Assembly: GCA_026023565.1 (NCBI GenBank)
Contig: JAPETS010000006.1
Span: forward strand, 620,001-684,000
Source of the DNA: Cirrosporium novae-zelandiae
Taxonomy: Eukaryota
Reading direction: 5' to 3'
Length of the DNA stretch: 64,000 bases
Shown here: positions 48,466-63,179 of the stretch, piece by piece
Layout of the letters: every line of letters begins with the position of its first letter
How positions within the stretch are numbered: the first letter of the stretch is position 1
Program-made: the position numbers and the translations under genes
Notes under the pieces: generated by a model
Database searches by the model: none
Seen by the model: only the letters and a program-made list of their open reading frames with translations
Told to the model about the DNA's origin: nothing

Positions 48466-51438
48466 ATGACTGGAATGGCTTCCGCCGATAGCTCAGATGA
48501 AACCGACACGCTTCCAGCATGGCCGTTCCACTCTCCTTCCATCATGCCTAACCCTTCTTCCGCTCCCTTCACAGATCCATCTGAAAGCTCCTCCGCCACA
48601 AGGCCGCCACTCTCTACCCGAATGAGATACAGTACTAGTCAGATACCAATCATCCCAGACCTTCAATCTCCAGAATCAGGTTCCTCAAATCAGCAGACGC
48701 ATTTTCATACTCCTCCGCGCTCTATCTTTTCGTCGGCACCTCCAACCTCGTCTGTGTCTGTAAATACTGCTCGTGCCTCCTTGAGTCCTATGTCCTCGTC
48801 AAGTTCAGCGCAACCTCTTGCGGCACTGACATCTGCTTCCCCAAGCCCTTCTAGAAAGGCTCCGACCCCTGCTTTCGAGCCTATTCTCGCGTCTCCAGCA
48901 CCACCGACACTCTCAAATGCTGAGAAAGATGTAGATGACCTGACAAGACCTGTGGACGGACCTTCTACAGAAAGACCTATAATGAGTACGCCAACGGCCT
49001 TGAGCAAGCTCTTTGCAACTTCCGAAACCGTTCCTCCCTCCCTCTCACGCCCTCCATCTTATGCCCAGAACGCCTCCTCAATCCCGTACACTAGAGGCAA
49101 GTCTTATAAATACAATGTCGGAGTCGTGCTTGCTGACATGGATAAGCTCCTTCCGAAGTTGCATCGCTGCCAAGTCATCTTTATAGTAGGGGCTTAGTGA
49201 GTGGTAGGCACTCGGATATTACAGTTCATGCTTTTGGTACTGCTTATGCTTTACATCGTATAATACTCGACCGAAGTCCCTTTTTTTCTTCCGCTCTCTC
49301 AGGGCCATGGGCCGAAAGCTCTGCTAAAGAAATGACCCTACACCCTGAAGAACTTGATTCAAACATCACTCAGACCTCCTTTGAGCTTGCTCTGAAGAGG
49401 CTATATGGCTGTAATATGACAAATGAAGAAGACAAAGAGGCTGCATGTCTATTCGCAACAGGGTGCTGGCTGGAGATGTCAGATCTGGTCGAAGCCAGCG
49501 TAGATTCTCTCTTACGTCAGATGCATCCATCGAAGCTTGTCTCAATGATCAACTTAGTGACAAGTAACTATTATGGCAAGCCGGGTGATCGTATTCTTGC
49601 CTCGGCGAAAACAATGCTGTACCGAGAAGGGTGGGAGGTGCCATACATGTACTGGGATGGAATTCCTGGTGAAATTGTTCGCGAAATTATTGGGGGAGAT
49701 GCATTCTTCGTCCCGAGTGAATGGGAACGCTGGTATTTAACTATCAAACTTCTAAACAGAAGGCTAAAAGCAAAGGCTATAGAGGCTGGTTTGATGGACG
49801 CACACGGAAAGTTCTTGCAGGAGCCACCTACCTCTATCAATTTCTTTGCTGTTCGGTTTGATGCCGTTTATCGTCGAGCCTCAGCTTTTGGAGGCCGCCA
49901 TATGTCGAAGAAAGATGAGCCATGGTTGACTCTCTATACATTACCTGATATTGAGCCACTACTTGTTTTGATTGATGAAGGAATACATTATATGCATCTT
50001 TCTTTTGAGCAGCTTCAGCACATCCGAGCCCAGGTTGATATATTCGGGGTTCCAGTAATGCCAGAAAAAGTCATCGCAGATGCCTTGTGGATGCAGATGG
50101 AACTCCGCCAAAAGGTGGTCAATGCCAAGGATAGCGAGCTTGAGCTTGGACTTAGCCAAATTGCCGGGGACTTGATGGAGGAAGAACCTGATGTCCCAGA
50201 CATAAAAGGCAAGAAATCTTCGTCCGAAGAAACTCTTACCGACAAAGGCAAAGGGAGGGTAAATGAGGTCGAACTTGAGGATAACGATACCGATGAAATG
50301 GAATCCGGAAGCTGGGATGGCAACGGAAAACCTAGAAAATTCTGGATTCCAAACACTGATTCAACCTCAATCATGGGAGGTACAGCTGATGCCTTTGTTG
50401 CTGCCGCAAATGGTACCATATCACATACGACTCGTCATTACAATCGGTTATCGGCCACTTTGGAGCCCCAAGACGTGCAATGGGCTTCGGACTATTCTTT
50501 GTCAAATATCGATCGCCCTGCTTCAAGTCGCTCGAGAGCCGCAAATGAGCCAGGTCCTCCGGTTACATATTCCCATTTCCCTCCGTTTCGGTTTGCTGCT
50601 GAATTCCCTTCGGCACGCAACCTAAAAGAGAGGAAGCGCGTTTATTCTCGAACTGTTTGGTATGCAGGAAGTATGTGGAATGTTTATATTCAGAGAGTGA
50701 ACACGTCAAGAAATTCGCAACTTGGTGTCTATCTTCATCGAGCAAAGGACAAAGACGCTTCCGATGAGTTGATCACAGGCTCAGGTGCTGGTCAAGGATC
50801 GGTGGATGATCGTATTGGCCGGCTTGAGCGCGAAATGTTAATGCGATCTAGGGAACGAAGGGCACGTAGACATCGAGTTGAGGCTAGGCCAGATGACGAA
50901 GGTGACACTAGTGGGTCGGGAGATCTAGATTCTACCCTCATACCTTCTGAACGAAACTCGATGACAGCTGTTGCCTCGGGCTTGAATGAGCTTTTGCGGA
51001 GCGATGGTGCTATTAAATCGTCACAGTCCCCAAATATTTCACTAAACCAGATGGATCGGCCATTAGCAATCGCTGCCGGAGAAGAGGAAGAGGAAGAGGA
51101 CGAGATTACTAAACTTAATAATAAGTTCAGGGTTTCCACCATTCCTCGTTACGTTGACGGACGGCCTACCATTAAAACCTACTTCAAGATATATACACCG
51201 AGCAAAGCGGGAAGAATGTTGAGTGTATACGAGAGCGCCCCGGATGTGTTTAATTTTAGTCAAAGCTGGGGATGGAAGAGTAGTACTATGATTTTGGACG
51301 ATGGCATCCTTGGATATGACCAATGTTCAAAAGGAAAGGATGGGCGGTTGAGGTTCACCGTAGTTATTGGTAAGTCCTGACGAGGTCCTCTGCTATGGGA
51401 AACGGCTAACAACGTGGATGCAAATAGGTAATGTTTAG
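48466..51438 (+). CDS. BTB/POZ protein with C-terminal MATH/TRAF-like region; GC-AG intron 49097-49146 and GT-AG intron 51370-51427
   Basis: LPSHLYSRGLVSGRHSDITVHAFGTAYALHRIILDRSPFF (BTB), FPPFRFAAEF...YSRTVWYAGSMWNVYIQ, FNFSQSWGWKS and LRFTVVIG|NV*. The start ATG (48466 or 48475) is uncertain. Confidence 0.82.
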
Positions 51439-52708
51439 CGATGGGTAGCATTTCAGCGGCGCCCATTTTGTGCTGGTATTCCAATGAATGATTGGAGAGG
51501 CCTTGACGATCTCATGATGAGTAAAGATTGTTTGATGGGTTCGATGAATGAGCGATGCTTGATGTAGAGAATAGGCCGTATACAATGCTAATGCCGTTCC
51601 ACCCCGCAGAGGTGTGTGTGCATATGTGCATCTCTGGTTAAATTAGTTACATGTTTGTGTATTATTGTCAGGACTCAGGTACTGACGGCAGTTTATAGGT
51701 CGGTGGGATGGTCTTCTCCTGGCTTGGTACTTGGCAAAATTGGATTATCGGAAGGGGGGGATGGCAGCCTGGGAGGGTAATGGGCATTGGTAGGTGATAC
51801 TGGAGGTGTGATGGCCGTCAATACTTTGAACTTGTAAACAAGGGTTTTAGGACTCCAATTTGGGCAGGGGGACTGACAAATAGGCCATAGTCCAAATGCG
51901 GTGGTCAGTGAGGTGAACCTGATCATGTTTGATTATCCTTGACTATCCTCGAATGTTTTTTGGCCGGTGTTTAGCCGTTTCCAGTGGCCGAAACCTTTCA
52001 CGTGTCTATTTTTCCCTTACTTTACCCATTTTACTCATTTTACCGAGTTTACGGTAACAAGCTGACCATAGTACAGGAAATGGCGGGGATACCCCCTCAC
52101 GCCCCTCATAGACTTTGTGGGGCCCCGAGCCCACCCCATTCCAAAAGTCGGTTATTGTACCAAGTTTCGTTCGTATTTCATGGCAAAATATCACGGCCAA
52201 TTGACCTATTATGGCAAGATGCGAATAAGTGAAAAGAGAGACTCAATAGAAAAAGTTAACTAGACGCATCTCTAATCCATTGTCCATTTTGTCGCTTCTT
52301 CATAGATTCCCATTGCTTGAACATGTCTTCTCCCATGTCCTCCCCACACTTTTTTGGCCTGATCTCTTACATGGTCACATTCTTACCCATCATCTTGATA
52401 TCCTTCTCCGACGCATTGACAAATTCACTGCCATTCGTACCACAGTTTGTTCCAGTAGCCTACCTTCATCTCCAATTAATTCCAACTTCAAGCTGCCTAA
52501 TTGATAGATGTCACCGTGGCCAACCCTCTCATGATACATTATCTCCTTGTGATTTAGATTGCCTAAACATCAAAGGTATTCCCCGCTGCTACCCTTTCAT
52601 ACCATTGCAGAAACGTCATAGAATAGCAAGTAGAATGCTACTTGTGCTAAACTATATAAGCAAAGGCTTCCACCATGGAGCCCATCATTCGCCAGAGTCG
52701 TGTTCAAG

Positions 52709-54960
<2,252 letters not shown>

Positions 54961-56390
54961 ATAATGAGTTCACTGAGTACGCAACTTAAATAAAATACTT
55001 GATTCTACGTTAACAAAATTCGTCAATAAAGTCTTCGTGCTTTTTCAGTCCTCGTCTAAGATAAATACACATCGCATACTTATCAAGAATAATAATATAT
55101 TCTTTCCTTTTTCCTCTGGATCCTTGGAGGCATATTCCAGCATCTCATAATATCACGTAAGGGCAAAAGGTCAACCATGTCGAGTACATCGGCCCAAATT
55201 TCGCTTATCGAACAGTCTCGGTCCTTCCAAAGGTTCCATGATTATTTCTATTATGAGATATCGTCGCAGATCCGTCGGCATGGCGTATTTCCCCAAGTCT
55301 TTGCGGGATTATATCTTTCAGAACCATCGAATTTGGGTCATAGTATCTGCACGTTCATCGTAGGTGTCTTGGGTTGTCATATATGCAAGCTCTCTGTTGA
55401 ATCACTGATTGATAGTGATTGAATAGGAACTTGTCTGGACGACATACCCTGGTCTCCGGGATGAATTGATGGCCGAAGTCAATGTATGGCTGGAAAAACA
55501 AAGTGGAAAAGAGCCCATGATGCATATGTCCTTCACGTGGTCGTATTTCGGAGCCATTATGGTAAGGATCATATCTAGTTTGGTCCTCGGAAAATGGAAC
55601 CTTGATGGCGAATCCTTCGGTTTGATGCTGACACTAGTGACACAGACAGGACAGATCCATAGTGGGAGAGTAAGAGTCAAGCTTTGTACCCAAATGCTAC
55701 AACCAAGTGGCGAATTTGTTTCGGTCAATTCATAAATGCATCCAGCACGAATCGACATAAATGTCTCAAGAGGTTCTGTGTTGATTGGCTTTGGAGAATT
55801 GTGACGATGGTTATCTTGACATGTCATAATTAGTTCTTTTAGCGATGTAATACGAAGCAGCTACAAATTAAATGCTTATAAAAACCAAAAACAATATAAT
55901 AGCTAAAGGTGCCACTGGTATTACGAGGCACATGACGAAAAAGCTTAGCTTCAAGCTTAGTGTCGGTTGGCTGCAGGGAGATAAGATAAGGATATGCTCC
56001 TTTTAATGCTTTGGGTACTTTGTACTGTACCTTGTACTAACCTCCAAAAAGTTAATGTTACAACATGTCACCTTGCTGCTAGTGATTCAGCTGCATCCTT
56101 TCAATCAAAAGCGAGTATATCAATGCAATACAATGCCCTTACGATTGATACAGAATGGTCTACTGACTTGGATTCTTCTTTTCTAGATGATTGCTCATCT
56201 CTTTGTCAAACTCCCAAGTAATCATTCAATTTTTAACTCTGGTCAACATGTGAGATCCAAAATTGCTGACACCCAATTCACTCTAGCACTCAATTGCCAG
56301 CCAAAGTTCTAAATGATCCGATTCTGAACGAAAGCGAAATTTGCATGAACCTAGGAATTTCCCAATTCTTTCAAACCTTGTCCATACACC

Positions 56391-57945
56391 ATGGCAAGTC
56401 CCGATCTCAGCATCTCCGAATCGTCCCCAAACAACATCAAGGTATTTAGTCTCAATTGTTGGGGATTGAAGTACATTTCGAAGCAGAGGCACGAACGCCT
56501 TGTGGAAATTGGAAAACGCATTGCTCTCCTAGAACCAGAGATTGTCGGGTTACAAGGTAAACACTATCGAGTTCCATTACCAGCTCGATATCTGATACCT
56601 CTTTGCAGAATGCTGGACGGCTGAGGATTTCCAAAGCATTCGGATCGAAACAAGACGCATCCTTCCATTTGGAAAATTCTACCACAGCGGAATATTCGGG
56701 GGAGGTCTTGCCATTCTATCAAGATGGCCCATAATCGAAAGCAGTATGTTCCGATATCCGCTCAATGGACGACCTACAGCCTTTTGGCGAGGTGATTGGT
56801 ATGTGGGAAAAGGCGTCGCATGTGCGACTATCAGGACCGGGCCAAATCAAGATGATATTGTCGATGTATTCTGCACACATCTACATGCACCTTACGAACG
56901 GGAACCAAATGACTCCTACATTTGCCATCGGACGGCTCAAGCATGGGAAATCGCAAAGTTAATGCGTGGGGCTGCCGAGAAAGGTCATTTGGTAATTGGT
57001 CTAGGGGATTTCAACATGATACCCATGTCCCTGGCTCATCGTCTCATAACAACTTATTCGCCTGTAAAGGATACATGGCGGGAACTTCACCCTGATTCTT
57101 CAATTGGTGCAGCGGTTGATTCTGTAGAACGGTCTCGGAACCGTCCTATACCTACAGCGGAGTTTAATCTCCAGGAGAACGGTGCTACATGCGATAGTGT
57201 ATTGAATACTTGGCGCTGGAACAAGGAACAGCAAAAAAGGCTAAATAAGGGGGAGGATGTTGCTGTGCCCTTGGCTACATTGGATTCACGGGCTAAGAGA
57301 CTGGATTATATCTTCATTGGTCATGCTTCCAGTAGTCGTTCCACATGGAAGGTAAAAGAGGCAAGGGTTGGAATGACGGAACGACACGCTGTGCTTCACT
57401 GCTCGCTGAGTGACCATTTCTCTATCGAGGCTACAATTTCTCGGGACGCTTCCGCTCATACAACCCCAAGAATAACTCGGACGACGCAGGATGAAGACGC
57501 AGTCTCCCCAGCGCCTGCCTCCCCCGCCATCGAAGTTACCATCAATAACATTCCACTCGGGCCTCTTGGGAAAGATGAGCCTCTTTCACCAGCCTTTCTC
57601 TCTGAGATCCTCGCCATGATTTCCACATATACTCTACGTGAGCGACGTCAACGACGTCTCCGATTATCTCATTTTATCGGGTCCCTCGCTATCTCGGTTG
57701 GCAGTCTGATTGCTGTATGGTGGGTGCCACACAACTACATTGCTTTCATATTGATGCTTATTTCAACTCTGGGGCTTGCGGCAGGGGTTACTGATGGGCT
57801 AATCGGCGGATTGTTTGTGGGGAGTGAATTAAGGGCATTGAAAGAATTTGAATGGGAAATTCGGAATGAATGGAAGAGGGGGAGAAAGGAGAGTGGTGAG
57901 ACAGAAGCAGCAGCGGAAGAGGCAGTAAGAGATTGGAACGATTGA
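56391..57945 (+). CDS. ISC1: Inositol phosphosphingolipid phospholipase C (neutral sphingomyelinase family); intron 56557-56608
   Basis: SLNCWGLKYISK, VGLQ|ECW, GRPTAFWRGDWYVGKG, THLHAPY, GDFN, RLDYIF, SDHFS and two C-terminal TM helices. Confidence 0.94.
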
Positions 57946-58079
57946 TTAATAATAGGTGGGAAGGGTTTGTTATCAAGAAGTAAATAATGGGGACCTTTGG
58001 ATATATAACTATAATAAGTGTAATGCAAAGCAAAGGAAAGAAGAGAAAAGAAAAGAAAAAAGAAAGAAAAAAAGCAGAG

Positions 58080-58223
58080 CCGAGGTATATTTTACGTAGT
58101 TTTGTTTAGTTTTCGTGGGGAAAGGCCAGCCCTATCACAAGCTTGGGTATCGCTTGGGTATCGCTTGGTATCGCTTGGTATCAAGCCGATGGGCCGGGAA
58201 TGCGAGCCATACCATGCCCGAGG
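58080..58223 (+). promoter_or_regulatory. Two CCGAGG (FarA/FarB-type) sites at 58080-58085 and 58218-58223 upstream of PEX11
   Basis: Exact matches about 165 and 305 bp upstream of the ATG. CCTCGG/CCGAGG is the established core for fatty-acid and peroxisome gene induction in Aspergillus. Confidence 0.55.
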
Positions 58224-58387
58224 CCAAGGGACCGCTTTTCATTTAACCTTGGCGCATTTCCTTTCTCTCTCTCCATCATCATCATCATTTTCATTCATTC
58301 ATTTTAAAACATCAGTCCCACTTAATTGTCGCTTTTCTACCACTTTTCCATTTTCCTAATAATCATACTCCCCCATTCACCATCAAA

Positions 58388-59541
58388 ATGGTTGCCGACG
58401 CTATTATATACCAGTACGTTGTCGCAATCAGTTTTTTCTACACTTTTAATTCGCATTCTTGACTGCTAACAATGCAATTACTTTTAGTCCTTCGGTCGCT
58501 CACTATTTACGTTATATCGCAACGACCGGTACGTCTCCGTCGCATACCCCCCCTCCAAAGTCTAGCCCACTCACCCATTTATAGTTGGCCGCGACAAACT
58601 CCTCCGAACCCTCCAATACTTCTCCCGCTTCTACGCCTGGTACCTCCTCCGCACCAACGGCACCCCCGCCCAAATAAAACCCTTTGAAGTAATAAAAAAA
58701 CAATTCGGCCTCTCGCGAAAGCTGCTACGCGTAGGCAAGAATGTCGAGCACTTTAAGGCGGCCGCTACGGCAGCGGACCAGAAGGGCGGGGATTCCCTGC
58801 TGAAGTATTGTGCCGTAGGGAGGCAGCTGGCGTATGGGGTTTACCTGAGCTTGGATACGGTTTCATATGTAAGTTATCATACGTGATATTGTTGTTATCC
58901 TCTTATTCTTCACGAGATGGAGATTTGGAAATTTGTCTTGGCGATGGGTTTCCCGAACTTTCGAATTTCGGAGCAAAGGACGCTAGTTACTTTGCAGTAG
59001 TGGTTGGTGGTAGTAATAGTGGAATTAGAATTGGAATCAACCACCCCATCCCTCTTTGATTCAATTCGAGATTCCCAAATAAACATGAGCCACAATGAAA
59101 CCTCACCCAAAAGACAAACTCCCCCCTCAATCCTAAAAAAAAAACCCCCAAAAGACTAACACCCCTCTCCCGACCCCCCAGCTCGACACAACCGGAATCC
59201 GCTCCCTCCCCGCCCCAACCTCTAAACGCCTCCTCCGCGCCGCCCAACGCGCCTGGCTCACCGGCCTCCTCTTCAACACCATCTCCGGAATCTACACCCT
59301 AATCCACCTCTCCCAGAAATCACGTCTCGTCAACAAAACCGATGGGGAGGGTGTCGTCGAAGGTAAGAAGATTGAGCGCGAGAGGGCGGCCGCCAGGTTG
59401 CAGCTGCTGAGCGATTTGTGTGATATGACGGTTCCGGGGACGGCGTTGGGGTTTGTGGGGTTGGATGATGGGGTTGTAGGGATTGCGGGCACGGTTAGTA
59501 GTTTGATTGGGATGGTGGGGGTTTGGAGGAAGACGGCTTGA
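58388..59541 (+). CDS. PEX11: Peroxisomal membrane protein Pex11; three introns (third is 58869-59181)
   Basis: MVADAIIYH|PSVAHYLRYIATT|VGRDKLLRTLQYFSRF...RKLLRVGKNVEHF...GRQLAYGVYL...|LDTTGIR...QLLSDLCD...DDGVVGIAGTVSSLIGMVGVWRKTA*. Not in the ORF track because of short exons. Confidence 0.93.
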
Positions 59542-60619
59542 TGGATGGGTTAGGGAGTTTGGGGAGGGGTGTGGTGGTGGTGGTGGTGGTGGTGGGGAGG
59601 GAGGTGTGAAACGTCGATTATACCGTTGTACAAGTGAGTGACCTCGCGAGCCGGTCGACCTAACCTAGCAAACCGACATTTGTGTATAAACCCTTCAAAC
59701 CGAGGAGGTTAACCTTAACTATAGATTGTACTGTTGTTGTTGTCGTTGTTGTTGCTTTGCCCTTGGAATTTTGGGAGGGTTTATAGATAGATTATATTAT
59801 TTATAGCAAATAAGAAGACAAATAAGACAATAAAATGGGGTTTATATATTTTTTTGTTTTTTGTTTTGGTTTTTTTACTATTTTTATGGTTTTTTGAGGG
59901 AAGGGGAGGGGGGGGGGGTCTTATATGTGATGTGAGAGTCTATAATCTAAATGAAAGAAAGAAAGAAAGAAAGAAAGAGAACCCCCCTCTCTCCCTTACT
60001 CCCCAGTCAGTTCCATCCCCCCCCTCCCTTTCCATCCACCAATAAAAAAAGAAAGGAGGGGGGGGGTCATCAGAAACCAAAGGCCAAAAAAAACCCAAGA
60101 GTCGGGACTTATCATGTATATTTATCTATTTATCTATTTATTTATTGATTTATTTCCAAGTACAAGTATAAGAATAAAGAATAAGGTAATACATGTATAT
60201 ATATATATATAATACAAATGCGATTAAGGGATTTTACAATGGTGTGTGGCGGGGTTTAGTCCTTTGGTACTGTGTCTGTGTCTATACGTGTTGTGTGTGT
60301 GTGTGTGTGCGTGTGTGTGTTGGGGAGAAGGGAGGAGAGAGAGAGAGAGAGAGAAGGGGGAGAAGGGGGAGAAGGGGAGTATGCACATGCACATAGATAC
60401 AGATATAGATATAGATATGAACAGATGGACAGATGATAAATGATAGATGAAGAATTAACATTAATTAATAACTGGGGTGAGATTGAGATTTAGTCCGTTA
60501 ATCCGTTAACCCGTCCGTACGTAGGCACCTCAATATATCTCTTAAGTCAAGCTCCTTTTCCCCTTTTTACTTTACTTATTCCCTCGCATCACACCACATC
60601 ACATCGCTCATTCACTCCT

Positions 60620-62608
60620 TCAATCGCTAGGAACATCACTAAGCTCGCTACTTTCCTCATCAGTCTCCAGCTCTAGCTCCGGTGTGGGTTTGGGTTTGGG
60701 TTTGGGTTTGAGTTTGGTGTTTCCCTTTTCCTTTTCCACTTTTTCCTTCTCCTTCCCCTTCTTACTTTCCTGATATTTTTTGCCTCCGGCAGTAAGCATA
60801 TCTTTCAAGCTCCTCTGCTTCCCCTTTCCCTTCCCAGCAACAGCAGCAGCAGTAGCAGCATCCTTAGCACTATTCTTTTTCTCAAACGCCGCCATCTGCG
60901 TCTTCCTTTCCGCCTCTCCCCGCGCGGCTAGCTCCCTTTCTAGCTTCAAAAACTCTTCGCTCTCAATGTCCATCCCCACAAGACTTTCCAGTAGTTTGAT
61001 TTCGCGTGCCCAGATACCCTTGTCCTCAGTGGTAGAAGTCTTGCTGTCGTTATCAGCTGATTTCTGGTCGATGGGTGTTTCGAGAATCATGGGTAGGTTT
61101 TGGAAGGGGGTATAGTTCATGACGTTGTGGAAGGCGCGGAGACCGAGGAAACCGAGGCCGATGTTTTGGTGTAGGTCTTTGTTTGCGCCGAGGGGGGCTT
61201 TGGAGTCGTTGAGGTGGAGGGCTTTGAGATAGGAGAGGCCGATGATGGAGTCGAATTCTGAGAGGGTTTTTTGAAAGGCGGTGGGGGTGCGTAGGTCGTA
61301 GCCTGAGGCGAAGGTGTGGCAGGTGTCTAGGCAGACTCCGATACGGGATTTGTCTGAGACTTGGGCAATTATGTCGCGTAGGTCTTCGAAGGTGCCACCG
61401 ATGATGGTGCCGCGGGTGGCCATGTTTTCCAGGACGGGAATTACGGTTTTGGTTTCCTGGTGGGCTTGGTTTAAAGCAGTGGCGATCCGTGTGATGGCTT
61501 CGTCTCTTGGGGCCGTTCCCGCCGCGCCTGGATGGAAGTTATAGTAGCGGATTCCGAGGCTTTCGCACCGGTGTAGGTCGTCGATGAAGGAGGTATATGC
61601 TTGCTTGTTCTTGACTGGGTCGGATTGTGCTAGGTTGACGAGATACGACCCGTGTGGAAGGACGTGCTTGGTGCTGTCGTAGCTGTGCTGCTTGCAGGAG
61701 GAGAGGAAGAGCTCCTTGTCGCCGTCCTTGAGGGGTGGGGATTCCCATTTTCGTTGGGACTTGAGGAAAAGCGCAAAGGCATTACCGCTGTTTGGTGGGT
61801 TTTATTAGAGTCTAGCTTGGAAAAGGGATGGGGGATATGTACCCTATGTGTAGACTGTTTGTCACTGAATTTTGGACGCCTATAATAAGTGTCAGTGGAA
61901 ATGTCGTCAAATGATATAGGTTAGATATGTGTCCATACCTTTTGCAATGCTCACATGAGCCCCAATATACATATTTAATCCCTCTGTCCTCTCCGCAAGT
62001 GGCATGGCTTCGGCGTCTTTCTCCGCCTTGGTCTTTCTCCTCCGCGGTAGGATTTTCTTTGGGGTGACTGTCTCCTCGTTCTTCTCTTCGAGTTCCTGCT
62101 CCTGCTCCTCTTCTACCACTTTCTTCGCCTTAGATTGCCTACCACGCGGTTTAACAGCTGGTATATCATCCTCTTCGTCTTCCACGGCCAGGTCTTCCTC
62201 TACCTGAACCTTTGCCTTTGTAGCTCTCCTAGCTCTTTTTGGAGTCGGAGCAATCACTTCTTCCTCGTCATCTACAGCATCAACTTCGTCCTTAGCCTTT
62301 AGCCTTCCCCTACCCTTCTTCGGTGAGCTCGCTGCCATAGCCGTAGCCTTGACCGCAACCTTCTCAGTCACTTTCTTGCCACCCCTCACCCGTTTCTTAG
62401 GTTTAACTTCCTCTTCCAGATCCAAGTCTTCCTCATCCTCATCTTCTTCTTTATAACTTCCTTGGAATTTTCTAGCCCGTCTACCTTCTCCACTAAAAAC
62501 ACTCGTGTCTGGCTCTGCGCGCTTCCTCTTGCGAACCGGTTCGGAGCTTGCCGAAGGGAGGTCCTCGAGTGCCACTGAAGCTGTAGGCTTGGAAGGACGG
62601 CCACGCAT
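60620..62608 (-). CDS. APN1: AP endonuclease 1 (endonuclease IV family); introns 61938-61880 and 61842-61788; possible upstream in-frame start at 62830
   Basis: YIGAHVSIAK|GVQNSVTNSLHIG|GNAFALFLKSQRKW, HVLPHGSYLVNL, NFHPG, LENMA, GVCLDTCHTF, HLNDSK, DLHQNIG and ILETP; K/E-rich N- and C-terminal tails. Confidence 0.95.
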
Positions 62609-63179
62609 TTTCGAAGATGTTTTTAAACTAGATTTTAATGAATAATTTAGGATGCTTGCCTGCCAGATGTGAGGCGAGGTGAGTGTTAGGGGCGGGGCAA
62701 CGCGTCGCGTATGGGATTGGGAGTGAATATGAGGTGCTTGGGGTAGATGAAAGGGAGTTTTGAAATAATTCTGCCGCGAAAAACGAGATAAGGGAGCTCG
62801 AAGGATTATAAAATTTTGGGTGAGTGACATTAAATGGGTTACTGTTGGATACCTAGGTATGTATTTATGAGGTGTGCTTGTCAAGCGGGCGACCTGCTGA
62901 TGCCGTTTCACACCCTTGGAAAAAGTTGTGTATACATCCTGGTTGGGTTGAACCATAGATCTATTACAAATGAGTCAAGTATTGTTAATTATATATTGTA
63001 TAATGCAATTTAGTTCCTATTCTCTATGAACAAATTTGTCTCATCAATCATGGACTTTATTCATCGCCATGATTTCAAGGCACCAATACCTAGGAGAGCA
63101 AATACAAGACTAGCTTGTATGCTATCTATCCCGACATCATGATCTCTTTGCCTAATCTAGACCTATCTAAATTCTCGAT

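Noticed and set aside
59560..60460. ORFs in the PEX11-APN1 intergenic region
   Set aside because: They are translations of microsatellites ((GGT)n, (GAAA)n, (TA)n, (TG)n, (GA)n) in convergent 3' flanks.
62831..62956. Most upstream ATG (62956) as the APN1 start
   Set aside because: The added segment lacks presequence character; ATG 62830 or 62608 is more plausible.
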